Assembly (NCBI GenBank): GCA_016649745.1
Contig: JAENXD010000001.1
Location: forward strand, 1 to 48,340
Reading direction: 5' to 3'
DNA length: 48,340 nt
Source: Flavobacteriaceae bacterium
GTDB taxonomy: Bacteria > Bacteroidota > Bacteroidia > Flavobacteriales > Flavobacteriaceae
The notes beneath the pieces are model-generated. The model did not search any database. It saw nothing but the letters and a program-made list of their open reading frames with translations, and was not told where the DNA came from. Numbering within the stretch: the first letter of the stretch is position 1; the number at the start of each line of letters is the position of its first letter. A program made the translations under genes and the position numbers. Shown here one piece after another: positions 37,205 to 46,112 of the stretch.

Positions 37205-37958
37205 ATGAAAGTAGTAATTATTGAAGATGAAAAGCCAGCCGCAAGAAGATTGAGCAGGATGTTGAATGAATTTGGGATAGAGCCAATAACCATGCTGCAT
37301 TCCGTTGAAGAATCCATCAATTGGTTTCTTAATAATGAGCATCCCGATTTATTATTTCTTGACATTCAACTTTCTGACGGGTTGTCTTTTGAAATTTTTG
37401 AGGAAGTTGAAATTAAAAGCGCCATCATTTTCACCACAGCGTATGATGAATATGCATTGAAAGCTTTTAAATTAAACAGTGTCGATTATTTGTTAAAACC
37501 AATTGACAATGAAGAACTTGAAAATGCAATTGATCAATTTAAAAAGTTGCGTTCCAACACTTCAAAAAACAGTTTGAATATTGAACAAATTAAACATTTG
37601 ATTACCCCACAATAAAAATTATAAAACGCGATTTACGGTAAAAATAGGCTCCCATATAAAAATGATTTCTGTAGATGCAATTGAATGTTTTTACAGCGAA
37701 AATAAAGCGACAAATATTTATACAATTGACAACAGAACTTACCTTATTGAAGATACGCTGGAGCAATTGGAAGATAAGTTAAAACCAAGTATTTTTTTTA
37801 GGGTGAGTCGACAATATTTTATCAATATTAATGCCATAAAAGATATTGTTTCTTACTCAAACAGCCGATTAAAAGTGATGCTAAATTCTTTCAAAGATTC
37901 AGAAATTATTGTCAGCCGTGAACGCGTTAAAGATTTTAAAACGTGGATTGATAATTAA
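37205..37958 (+). pseudogene. LytR/AlgR-family response regulator split by a frameshift (REC 37205-37615; LytTR domain in the +1 frame)
   Basis: REC domain (IIEDE, DIQL, TTAYD, YLLKP) stops at TAA 37613-37615; +1 frame continues NYKTRFTVKIGSHIKMIS..FFRVSRQY..VSRERV. Confidence 0.85.
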
Positions 37959-38122
37959 AAAAGGTAAAAGTGAATTGCCAAAAGGCAATAGGTAAAAGGT
38001 AAAAGGTAAAAGTAAAAAGTAAAAAGCAAAGGCAATAGGCAAAAGTAAATAGTTAGAAGTTAAAACTCAAAATGAACCAATACACAAAACAACTCTAGGC
38101 ACTTTAGGTATTCTAGGCACTC
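37959..38122. repeat. Degenerate tandem heptamer array plus 9-mer array
   Basis: AAAAGGT/AATAGGC-like units 37959-38060; ACTCTAGGC ACTTTAGGT ATTCTAGGC at 38092-38118. Confidence 0.8.
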
Positions 38123-38241
38123 CAAACTTAACCCTCAAAAATCTAATATGCCATATTCTTTATACCGACTGCAAGAAACCTTTTAACAAAATATATTTTT
38201 AAATGCTTCATTTTCTTTTTGTTATAATAAAATAAATTAAG

Positions 38242-38249
38242 TAAATTTG
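38242..38249 (+). promoter_or_regulatory. -7 promoter element for rpsA
   Basis: TAAATTTG followed by a ~120-nt leader. Confidence 0.65.
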
Positions 38250-38375
38250 CACTCCTTTTAACGAGAGCAGATTTTAAAAGGGATGAGAAAAAAAATAATG
38301 TAAACCAACTCTTTGCGTTATTATCGTTTAAAAATCTGAATGACAATAAGATACAAATAATTATCATCAGCAAAT

Positions 38376-40520
38376 ATGTCTGAAGAAACAAAAAAAACTG
38401 AAGAGCAAAATGATGCTACTGAAGTAAATCAAACAGCGGCGAAAGCCCAAACAGAAACTCCAAAAGAAGTTACGGAAACAGTTGAAGCTCCAAAAGCTAA
38501 AAAAGTACCTGAAGAAGCGGTAGCTGAAGTTCCAAAAGCTGAAAAAGAAACCACTGAAGAAGTAGTAGAAACAGTTGAAGCTCCAAAAGCTAAGAAAGTG
38601 GCTGAAGAAGAAGTAGTTGCAGCTCCAAAGGCTCCAAAAACACCAAAAGCTGAAAAAGAAACGACTGAAGAAGTAGCAGAAACAGCTGAAGCTCCAAAAG
38701 CTTCAAAAGAACCAAAAGCTGAAAAAGTTGCTAAAGAAGAAGTAGCAGAAACAGTTGAAGCTCCAAAAGTTGTAAAAGTAAATCCGGAAGAATTTTTAGC
38801 AAATTTTGACTGGCACATGTACGAAGAAGGTATTGAAGCTGTTGACGCAGAAAACTTAAAAGCCTTTGAAGCAGCATTGGATGTTACTTTAGGAATAGTT
38901 AGTGAGCGTGAAGTAATTGAAGGTATTGTTATAAGAAAAACAGACCGTGAAGCAATCATTGACATTAATGCAAAATCTGAAGGCGTTATTTCATTAAATG
39001 AATTTCGTTACAACCCAAATTTAGCCGTTGGAGACAAGGTTGAAGTTTTGGTTGATAAAAGAGAAGACAATACCGGTCAATTGGTATTATCTCACAAAAA
39101 AGCAAGAGTTATTAAAGCTTGGGATCGTGTAAATAATGCCCACGAAACTGGTGAAGTGGTTAACGGGTTCGTTAAATGCAGAACTCGTGGCGGTATGATT
39201 GTAGATGTTTTTGGAATTGAAGCATTCTTACCAGGTTCACAAATTGATGTGAAACCAATTAGAGATTACGATCAATATGTTGAAAAAACAATGGAATTCA
39301 AAGTGGTGAAAATCAACCATGAATTTAAAAACGTTGTGGTTTCGCATAAAGCACTTATTGAAGCTGATATTGAGATTCAAAAGAAAGAAATTATTGGTAA
39401 ATTAGAAAAAGGTCAAGTATTGGAAGGTGTTGTTAAAAACATTACTTCATATGGCGTTTTTGTTGATTTAGGTGGTGTTGATGGATTAATTCACATTACA
39501 GATTTATCTTGGTCAAGAATCAATCACCCAAGTGAAGTAGTTGAATTAGATCAAACCTTAAATGTTGTAATTCTTGATTTTGATGATGAGAAAACCAGAA
39601 TTCAATTAGGATTAAAACAATTAAACAAACATCCTTGGGAAGCACTAGACGAAAATATTAAAGTTGGTGATACTATAAAAGGTAAAGTAGTAGTTATCGC
39701 TGATTACGGTGCTTTTATTGAAGTGTCTAAAGGTGTTGAAGGATTAATTCACGTTTCTGAAATGTCTTGGTCAACCCATTTACGTTCAGCTCAGGATTTT
39801 GTGTCCGTTGGTGACGAAGTGGAAGCTCAAGTATTGACTTTAGACAGAGACGAAAGAAAAATGTCTTTAGGAATTAAACAATTGCATCCAGATCCTTGGA
39901 CTAATATTGCAGAAAAATATCCTGTAGGTTCAGTTCACACTGGAACAGTTCGTAATTATACAAACTTTGGTGTTTTTGTTGAATTGGAAGAAGGTATTGA
40001 CGGTTTGGTTTATATTTCTGATCTTTCTTGGACTAAGAAAATCAAACACCCATCAGATTTCGTTTCTGTAGGTGATAAATTGGAAGTTCAAGTCTTAGAG
40101 TTAGATGTTGAAGGACGTAAATTAAATTTAGGTCACAAACAAACCAATGAAAACCCTTGGGATGCTCATGAAGAGAAATTTACAATCGATTCAATTCACG
40201 AAGGAACTGTAAAAGATAAAAGCGATAAAGGATTAATAGTATCATTGGAAGATGGTGTTGAAGCTTTTGTTCCTAGTCGTTTCATCGTAAAAGAAGATGG
40301 TACGAAATTAGCAAAAGGAGATGTTGCTCAGTTCAAAATAATTGAATTCAACAAAGAATTCAGACGAATTGTAGCTTCACATACCTCAATTTTTAAAGCT
40401 CAAGAAGAGAAAAATATTAAAGCTGCCCAGCAAAAAACTGATTCAGCAGAAAAAACGACTCTTGGCGATTTAGGTGGCGATCTTGCTGCATTAAAGAAAA
40501 AAATGGAAGGCGGGAAATAA
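38376..40520 (+). CDS. rpsA: 30S ribosomal protein S1 with a repetitive N-terminal extension
   Basis: Six S1 repeats (FLPGSQID, YGVFVDLGGVDGLIH, etc.) and TTLGDL tail. Confidence 0.97.
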   Translation: MSEETKKTEEQNDATEVNQTAAKAQTETPKEVTETVEAPKAKKVPEEAVAEVPKAEKETTEEVVETVEAPKAKKVAEEEVVAAPKAPKTPKAEKETTEEVAETAEAPKASKEPKAEKVAKEEVAETVEAPKVVKVNPEEFLANFDWHMYEEGIEAVDAENLKAFEAALDVTLGIVSEREVIEGIVIRKTDREAIIDINAKSEGVISLNEFRYNPNLAVGDKVEVLVDKREDNTGQLVLSHKKARVIKAWDRVNNAHETGEVVNGFVKCRTRGGMIVDVFGIEAFLPGSQIDVKPIRDYDQYVEKTMEFKVVKINHEFKNVVVSHKALIEADIEIQKKEIIGKLEKGQVLEGVVKNITSYGVFVDLGGVDGLIHITDLSWSRINHPSEVVELDQTLNVVILDFDDEKTRIQLGLKQLNKHPWEALDENIKVGDTIKGKVVVIADYGAFIEVSKGVEGLIHVSEMSWSTHLRSAQDFVSVGDEVEAQVLTLDRDERKMSLGIKQLHPDPWTNIAEKYPVGSVHTGTVRNYTNFGVFVELEEGIDGLVYISDLSWTKKIKHPSDFVSVGDKLEVQVLELDVEGRKLNLGHKQTNENPWDAHEEKFTIDSIHEGTVKDKSDKGLIVSLEDGVEAFVPSRFIVKEDGTKLAKGDVAQFKIIEFNKEFRRIVASHTSIFKAQEEKNIKAAQQKTDSAEKTTLGDLGGDLAALKKKMEGGK

Positions 40521-40541
40521 TCTTAATTTCATTTAAATAAT

Positions 40542-40573
40542 AAAAAGCTGTATCAATTTGATACAGCTTTTTT
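40542..40573 (+). terminator. Rho-independent terminator
   Basis: AAAAAGCTGTATCA / TGATACAGCTTTTTT. Confidence 0.9.
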
Positions 40574-40596
40574 CGTTTTATTACAACTATAAAAAT

Positions 40597-40604
40597 TATC
40601 TTTG
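40597..40604 (+). promoter_or_regulatory. -7 promoter element for glmM
   Basis: TATCTTTG. Confidence 0.6.
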
Positions 40605-40622
40605 TTGCACTAAAATTAAGTG

Positions 40623-42011
40623 ATGGTACTAATTAAATCAATTTCAGGAATAAGAGGAACAATTGGAGGAAAAGTAAGTGATAATTTAACCCCAATTGAC
40701 ACCGTTAAATTTGCCGCAGCATATGGTATGTGGCTTAAAAACCATACAGGTAAAGAAGAACTTACCGTTATTTTGGGCAGAGATGCCAGAATTTCAGGTA
40801 AAATGGTAAGCAGTTTGGTTGGAAATACTTTGGTTGGATTAGGAATAAATGTCACTGATATTGGATTGTCTACCACGCCAACAGTAGAAGTTGCTGTTAC
40901 ACTTGACGCCGCAGACGGTGGCATTATTATTACCGCCAGCCACAATCCCAAACAATGGAATGCCTTAAAGTTGCTAAACAATAAAGGAGAATTTTTAAGT
41001 GCTTTAGATGGGGAAGAAGTTTTGGCAATTGCGGAAAATGACGCTTATGTTTTTTCAGAAGTAGATAATTTAGGTCGTTTTAGGAAGAAGCCAAATTACA
41101 TCAATAAACATATTAGGGAAGTTTTGAATTTGGAATTGGTAAATATTGAAGCCATAAAAAAAGCAAAATTTAAAGTGGTAGTTGATGCCGTTAACTCAAC
41201 CGGCGGTATTGCAATTCCTGCTTTATTGGAAAAATTAGGCGTTGAATGTGTTGAATTGTATTGCGAACCTAACGGCGAATTTCCACACAATCCTGAACCT
41301 TTAAAAGAGCATTTAACCGATATCTCAGAACTTGTGGTTAAAGAAAAAGCTGATTTAGGAATTGTGGTTGATCCTGATGTAGACAGGCTTGCGCTTGTTT
41401 GTGAAGATGGCTCCATGTTTGGTGAAGAATATACCTTGGTTGCCTGCGCCGATTATGTGTTGGGAAAAACCAAAGGAAATACCGTGTCCAATTTGTCATC
41501 TTCAAGAGCTTTAAGAGATGTCACTTTAAAGCATGGAGGTAAGTATAAAGCAAGTGCTGTTGGTGAAGTAAATGTGGTTGCTTTAATGAAATCAACAAAT
41601 GCAATTATTGGAGGAGAAGGAAATGGCGGCATTATTTATCCGGAATCTCATTATGGTAGAGATTCTTTGGTAGGCGTTGCCTTATTTTTATCGCATTTAG
41701 CCACGTTAAAAATATCTTGTAAACAATTAAGAGACCGTTATCCTACTTATTTTATGAGTAAAAATAAAATTGAATTAACACCTCAAATTAATGTTGACAA
41801 CATTTTAAGCACCATAGCTTCAAATTATAAAAATGAAGATGTTATTACTATTGATGGCGTAAAAATTAATTTTGAAACTGAATGGGTACACCTTCGAAAA
41901 TCGAATACAGAACCAATTATCAGGATTTATACCGAAAGTACTTCGCAACAAAGTGCCGATGACTTGGCAAACAGATTTATAAAGGAAATAGAGTCCATAA
42001 TTATAAAATAA
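40623..42011 (+). CDS. glmM: Phosphoglucosamine mutase / phosphohexomutase
   Basis: SISGIRG, TASHNP, DPDVDR, GEGNGG, RKSNTEP. Confidence 0.88.
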   Translation: MVLIKSISGIRGTIGGKVSDNLTPIDTVKFAAAYGMWLKNHTGKEELTVILGRDARISGKMVSSLVGNTLVGLGINVTDIGLSTTPTVEVAVTLDAADGGIIITASHNPKQWNALKLLNNKGEFLSALDGEEVLAIAENDAYVFSEVDNLGRFRKKPNYINKHIREVLNLELVNIEAIKKAKFKVVVDAVNSTGGIAIPALLEKLGVECVELYCEPNGEFPHNPEPLKEHLTDISELVVKEKADLGIVVDPDVDRLALVCEDGSMFGEEYTLVACADYVLGKTKGNTVSNLSSSRALRDVTLKHGGKYKASAVGEVNVVALMKSTNAIIGGEGNGGIIYPESHYGRDSLVGVALFLSHLATLKISCKQLRDRYPTYFMSKNKIELTPQINVDNILSTIASNYKNEDVITIDGVKINFETEWVHLRKSNTEPIIRIYTESTSQQSADDLANRFIKEIESIIIK

Positions 42012-42019
42012 AAAATGAA

Positions 42020-42868
42020 ATGAAAAATTTAATATTAACCGTACTCTTTTTAAGCAGTACCCTTGGTTTTTCACAAGAAGCAGTAAAATCTCAAGACCTA
42101 AATTATAATGATGCAGGACCTAATAAAGGGAAAGTTTTTGTGTACTGGGGATGGAACAGAGGACATTATTCAACTTCAGATATTAGGTTTAAAGGATCTG
42201 ATTATGATTTTACATTAAATAATGTTAAAGCGGATGATAAGCCAAAACCTTTTGGAATTTATTATTTAAAGCCAAATGAATTAACAATACCGCAAACCAA
42301 TTTTAGGGTAGGTTATTTTTTCAAAGAAAATTATACCATTTCTTTAGGCCTTGATCATATGAAATATGTAATGCGCAATGATCAAACTGTAAAAATCGAC
42401 GGTACTATTAATACAGGAGGTGAATTTGACGGAACTTATAATAATGACGATATTGTATTAACTGAAGATTTTTTAACTTTTGAGCATACCGATGGTTTAA
42501 ACTACATAAATGCTGAAGTTAGCAGATTTGATAATTTGGATAATTGGTTGAAATTCCCAGTTAAAAATATTGACATTAATTTAACTGAAGGCGTTGGAGT
42601 AGGTGTATTGTATCCTAAAACAAATACTACTTTGTTAGGTAAAGAAAGGTATGATGAGTTTCATGTCTCAGGATATGGGATATCGGCTCATGTGGGATTA
42701 AATATTACGTTTTTCAAATACTTTTTTATCCAATCTAATTTTAAAGTAGGTTATATAAATATGCAAGATATTAGAACTACAAATGATAAAGTAGATTCCG
42801 CATCGCAACACTTTACTTTTATTGAAAATATGTATGTTTTTGGTGCTAAATTTAATCTAACGAAATAA
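42020..42868 (+). CDS. Putative outer-membrane beta-barrel protein
   Basis: Signal peptide, amphipathic strands, C-terminal YVFGAKF. Confidence 0.6.
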   Translation: MKNLILTVLFLSSTLGFSQEAVKSQDLNYNDAGPNKGKVFVYWGWNRGHYSTSDIRFKGSDYDFTLNNVKADDKPKPFGIYYLKPNELTIPQTNFRVGYFFKENYTISLGLDHMKYVMRNDQTVKIDGTINTGGEFDGTYNNDDIVLTEDFLTFEHTDGLNYINAEVSRFDNLDNWLKFPVKNIDINLTEGVGVGVLYPKTNTTLLGKERYDEFHVSGYGISAHVGLNITFFKYFFIQSNFKVGYINMQDIRTTNDKVDSASQHFTFIENMYVFGAKFNLTK

Positions 42869-42902
42869 CTGAAGTTTTGGCTCCTGACTTATTAATTATC
42901 AG

Positions 42903-43787
42903 TTATTTTGGAGCCTTATTCATGTGTTTGAAGCGTTTATGTGTCCAAAAGTAGTATGCGGGTTCTTCATGTATTTGATCTTCCAAATTTCTGAGATAAA
43001 TATCGGTTAATTCAAAATCATTATATTTTTTTGAATTATTGGTAATTAAGCTGAAAGTACTTTCGTAATAGCCGCGTTTTATTTTACTTGTTTTTATATA
43101 AACAATATTTAAATCGTACTTTTTTGCCAAGGTTTCCGCCCCGGTATGAACAGGAACTTTAATGCCTAAAAAGTTCGCCCAATATAGCGTTTTTTGAAGT
43201 TGTGGAGATTGGTCACTTAATAAACCATAGATTGATTGAACTTTGTTCATGTTGTTTTTAAGAATTGAACGCACTATTTTTGGTGCTTCAATTAAGGAAA
43301 CACCAAATTTTTCTCTTGAGTTTAAAATTCTTTTATTAAAATAAGGATTGTTTATTTTAGTATACGCCGCATAACATTTATAATTAACAAATGAACCCAA
43401 ACCAACTTCCCATTCCCAATTAGCGTAATGTGAACTGATAATAATAATGCTTTTGCCGTCTTTATATAATTCTTGTAAAAAGTCAATATTGGCATATTTG
43501 TAACGCTTATCCATTTCTTTTTTGGACATAGTGAATAATTTTATCATTTCAATAAAAACATCAACAAAATGGCGGTAAAAATTTTTACAGATTCCAACAA
43601 TTTCTTCATCAGTTTTTTCCGGAAAAGCCAATCTCAAATTATTGAACACCACTTTTTTTCGGTAGCCGATTACGTAATAAACCAGCAAATAAACAACATC
43701 TGAAATAGCGTATAAAACGCGAAAAGGCAACATGGAAATAAGCCAAATTACCGGATAAACCAATATGTAAACCAATAAATGCATCAT
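42903..43787 (-). CDS. Lipid A lauroyl/myristoyl acyltransferase family (LpxL-like)
   Basis: NLRLAFPE, HYANWE, LSDQSP, YFWTHKRFK. Confidence 0.88.
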   Translation of the reverse strand: MMHLLVYILVYPVIWLISMLPFRVLYAISDVVYLLVYYVIGYRKKVVFNNLRLAFPEKTDEEIVGICKNFYRHFVDVFIEMIKLFTMSKKEMDKRYKYANIDFLQELYKDGKSIIIISSHYANWEWEVGLGSFVNYKCYAAYTKINNPYFNKRILNSREKFGVSLIEAPKIVRSILKNNMNKVQSIYGLLSDQSPQLQKTLYWANFLGIKVPVHTGAETLAKKYDLNIVYIKTSKIKRGYYESTFSLITNNSKKYNDFELTDIYLRNLEDQIHEEPAYYFWTHKRFKHMNKAPK

Positions 43788-43894
43788 ACTGGTGCAAATA
43801 TCGTATTTAATTTTTGAATATTTTTTGATTGGTGCGTAAACAAGGAAATGGTATCGACATTTTTTTATACTTTCGCTGTTTAAAATTTAAATGC

Positions 43895-44539
43895 ATGAAT
43901 ATAAATATCGTTTTGTTAATAATTATCGCTGCCAATGTGATGATATCCATTAAAGGTTTTAGTGATAACTTATTTTTTGATAAATATAAATTTCAAATAG
44001 GCGCCATTATAAGAGGTGAAAAAGTAAGAATGTTTTCATCTGGATTTTTACATGTAGATTATATACATTTGATTTTAAATATGTATGTTTTATATATTTT
44101 TGCGCCAATTATTATACTTAAACTGGGTGTCATAAAATTTTTGATTCTTTATTTTGGCAGTTTGGTTGCGGGAAGCGTTTTAACACTCAGTTATCATAAA
44201 AAAGAATTGTATTACACCGCAGTGGGTGCTTCAGGAGCCGTCGCGGGTATAATTTATGCCGCAATTTTGTTAAATCCTGATATGACATTATTCATGTTCC
44301 CGTTACCAATTCCAATTCCGGGGTATATTTTTGGTATTGGTTACTTGATTTATTCTATTTATGGAATGAAAAATAAAGTGGGTAATATTGGCCATGCAGC
44401 GCATTTGGGAGGCTCAGTTGGCGGTTATGCGTTGATGTTGTTGGTATATCCGGAAGTGTTTTCAAACAGTACCTCTACGGTTATTTTATTAGGAATACCC
44501 ATTGTCTTATTATTGGTATTCGGAAAAAGATTCTTATAA
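43895..44539 (+). CDS. Rhomboid intramembrane serine protease
   Basis: FLH..HLILNM, GASG, HAAHLGG; start reassigned to ATG 43895. Confidence 0.92.
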   Translation: MNINIVLLIIIAANVMISIKGFSDNLFFDKYKFQIGAIIRGEKVRMFSSGFLHVDYIHLILNMYVLYIFAPIIILKLGVIKFLILYFGSLVAGSVLTLSYHKKELYYTAVGASGAVAGIIYAAILLNPDMTLFMFPLPIPIPGYIFGIGYLIYSIYGMKNKVGNIGHAAHLGGSVGGYALMLLVYPEVFSNSTSTVILLGIPIVLLLVFGKRFL

Positions 44540-44569
44540 AAAAAACCAAACTTTCGTTTGGCTTTTTTT
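44538..44569. terminator. Bidirectional terminator
   Basis: A-run CCAAAC-TTTC-GTTTGG T-run between the rhomboid and the tRNA. Confidence 0.75.
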
Positions 44570-44570
44570 G

Positions 44571-44643
44571 AGCGAGAGACCGGGCTCGAACCGGCGACAG
44601 TCAGCTTGGAAGGCTGAAGCTCTACCAACTGAGCTACTCTCGC
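44571..44643 (-). tRNA. tRNA-Gly (TCC), CCA not encoded
   Basis: GCGAGAG acceptor stem, TAGCTCAGTTGGTAGAGC D-arm, TCAGC-CTTCCAA-GCTGA anticodon arm, GGTTCGAGCC T-arm. Confidence 0.97.
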
Positions 44644-44652
44644 AATCGATGG

Positions 44653-44660
44653 CAAATATA
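44653..44660 (-). promoter_or_regulatory. -7 promoter element for tRNA-Gly
   Basis: TATATTTG 9 nt upstream of the tRNA. Confidence 0.75.
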
Positions 44661-44699
44661 CAATCCTTTTAGACTTTTACAAACGTTTTTTTAAGAATT

Positions 44700-45125
44700 T
44701 TAAAACTTTTTTAAATAATGGTATCCTAATTTTTTATAGCCTTCATTTTCATAAAACCGGTGTGATTTCTCATTTTCAATATAGGTATTTAGTTCAGAAG
44801 CTTCATAGCCAATATTTTGCGCATAAATGTAAATCCATTCAAATAATTTTTTTCCCAGCCCTTTATTTCTGTGATTTTCGTCAATCACCACATGATCTGG
44901 CTCAACCGTTTTTCCGCAGTAATGCCTTGTTAAAAACCATAAACCGGAAATACCAACCAATTCCTGATTTAAATACACACCAACGCACTTATAATGCTGT
45001 GTTGTCATTTCTAATAAGCGTTCTTTTAAGATAATTTCTGAAGTATCTGTGTTCAATTCTCTTAGTAAAGGTAAAATGGTAAATATATTTTCTTTCTCAA
45101 TTAATTTAATTTCAAGATGTTCCAT
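44700..45125 (-). CDS. GNAT-family acetyltransferase
   Basis: VIDENHRNKGLGKKL and HRFYENEGY motifs. Confidence 0.88.
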   Translation of the reverse strand: MEHLEIKLIEKENIFTILPLLRELNTDTSEIILKERLLEMTTQHYKCVGVYLNQELVGISGLWFLTRHYCGKTVEPDHVVIDENHRNKGLGKKLFEWIYIYAQNIGYEASELNTYIENEKSHRFYENEGYKKLGYHYLKKF

Positions 45126-45129
45126 ATTA

Positions 45130-45355
45130 TACCAATTGAATTTTTTTACCCTGAGCGTGTTTACTGAGCGTAGCCGAAGTATAGCCGAAGGGTAAATGTT
45201 GTATTAAAAATTTGAATTATTTTTAGTTCAGTTTAGAAATAAAACCTGCCGGCATGAGGCTGGTTTAAGCATAGCTAAGCTACGATTCAATTTTATAACG
45301 ACAAATGTGCTAAAAATAACCGAATTTTATATGATATTTGAATGTTTAATTGGTA
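45130..45355. mobile_element. MITE-like element, copy 2 (inverted relative to copy 1)
   Basis: TACCAATT...AATTGGTA ends, TTA direct repeats, aligns end to end with the reverse complement of 10302-10510, with an extra ~19-bp insert. Confidence 0.85.
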
Positions 45356-45470
45356 TTAATAGTAAATTAGCATCATTCATGTCAATAGTATGGAAATAAT
45401 TTCAGAAAAAGAATTGTTTCCATATTTATGTGAATAATCCCGTTCAATTAAAAAATTAAAGGTTCATGCA

Positions 45471-45905
45471 ATGATATATATTAAAGAAATTTCAGCTCAG
45501 GATACGTTTCCAATAAGATTGGAGGTTTTGCGAAAAAACATTCCGCTGCCTCATGAATTTAATGGGGATCTTGATTCAGATACCATACATTTTGGGGCTT
45601 TTAAAAACGATGAACTTATTGCGGTTTCCAGTTTTATGAAAGCAACCAACCCCAATTTTGAAGGAAGTCAATACCAACTTAGAGGAATGGCCACTTTAAC
45701 AAAATATCAAGGTTCTGGCGCCGGGAAATTGATGTTACAACAGGCCTTTGTAATTTTAAGAAAAAAAAATATAGCTGTTTTATGGTGCAATGCCCGAATT
45801 TTGGCTTTGAATTTTTATCAAAAGCAAGGATTTAAAACCTTTGGTAAAAAATTTGAGATTTCTTATGTTGGAGAACACTATGTGATGTTTAAAAACTTGA
45901 ATTAA
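45471..45905 (+). CDS. GNAT-family acetyltransferase (YitI-like)
   Basis: QLRGMAT..YQGSGAG, LWCNAR..FYQKQGF. Confidence 0.88.
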   Translation: MIYIKEISAQDTFPIRLEVLRKNIPLPHEFNGDLDSDTIHFGAFKNDELIAVSSFMKATNPNFEGSQYQLRGMATLTKYQGSGAGKLMLQQAFVILRKKNIAVLWCNARILALNFYQKQGFKTFGKKFEISYVGEHYVMFKNLN

Positions 45906-46112
45906 AAAGAAAATGTAATTAAATATTTTAAATCACGTATGCCAAATATGTGTTTATTAACGTTATTTAATAGCATTTTATACTCTAAATAGACTCATTC
46001 TATTTTCTTAGTTGAAAAATTTACATTAGATTTGTTAATTATAATTTGTTAGAAATCAATTGCTAGATTACAAATTTGATATTTTTTTCAAAGTCTCCAA
46101 TAAAATAAACAC

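Noticed and set aside
37959-38122. CRISPR array
   Set aside because: Units are 6-9 nt and contiguous, with no unique spacers and no cas genes in the window.
38143-38391. 82-aa minus-strand ORF over the rpsA leader
   Set aside because: Overlaps the rpsA promoter and start, low complexity, no recognisable motif.
38429-38965. 178-aa repetitive minus-strand ORF
   Set aside because: Antisense shadow of the rpsA repeat region.
44425-44655. 76-aa minus-strand ORF
   Set aside because: Reads through tRNA-Gly and is antisense to the rhomboid; spurious.
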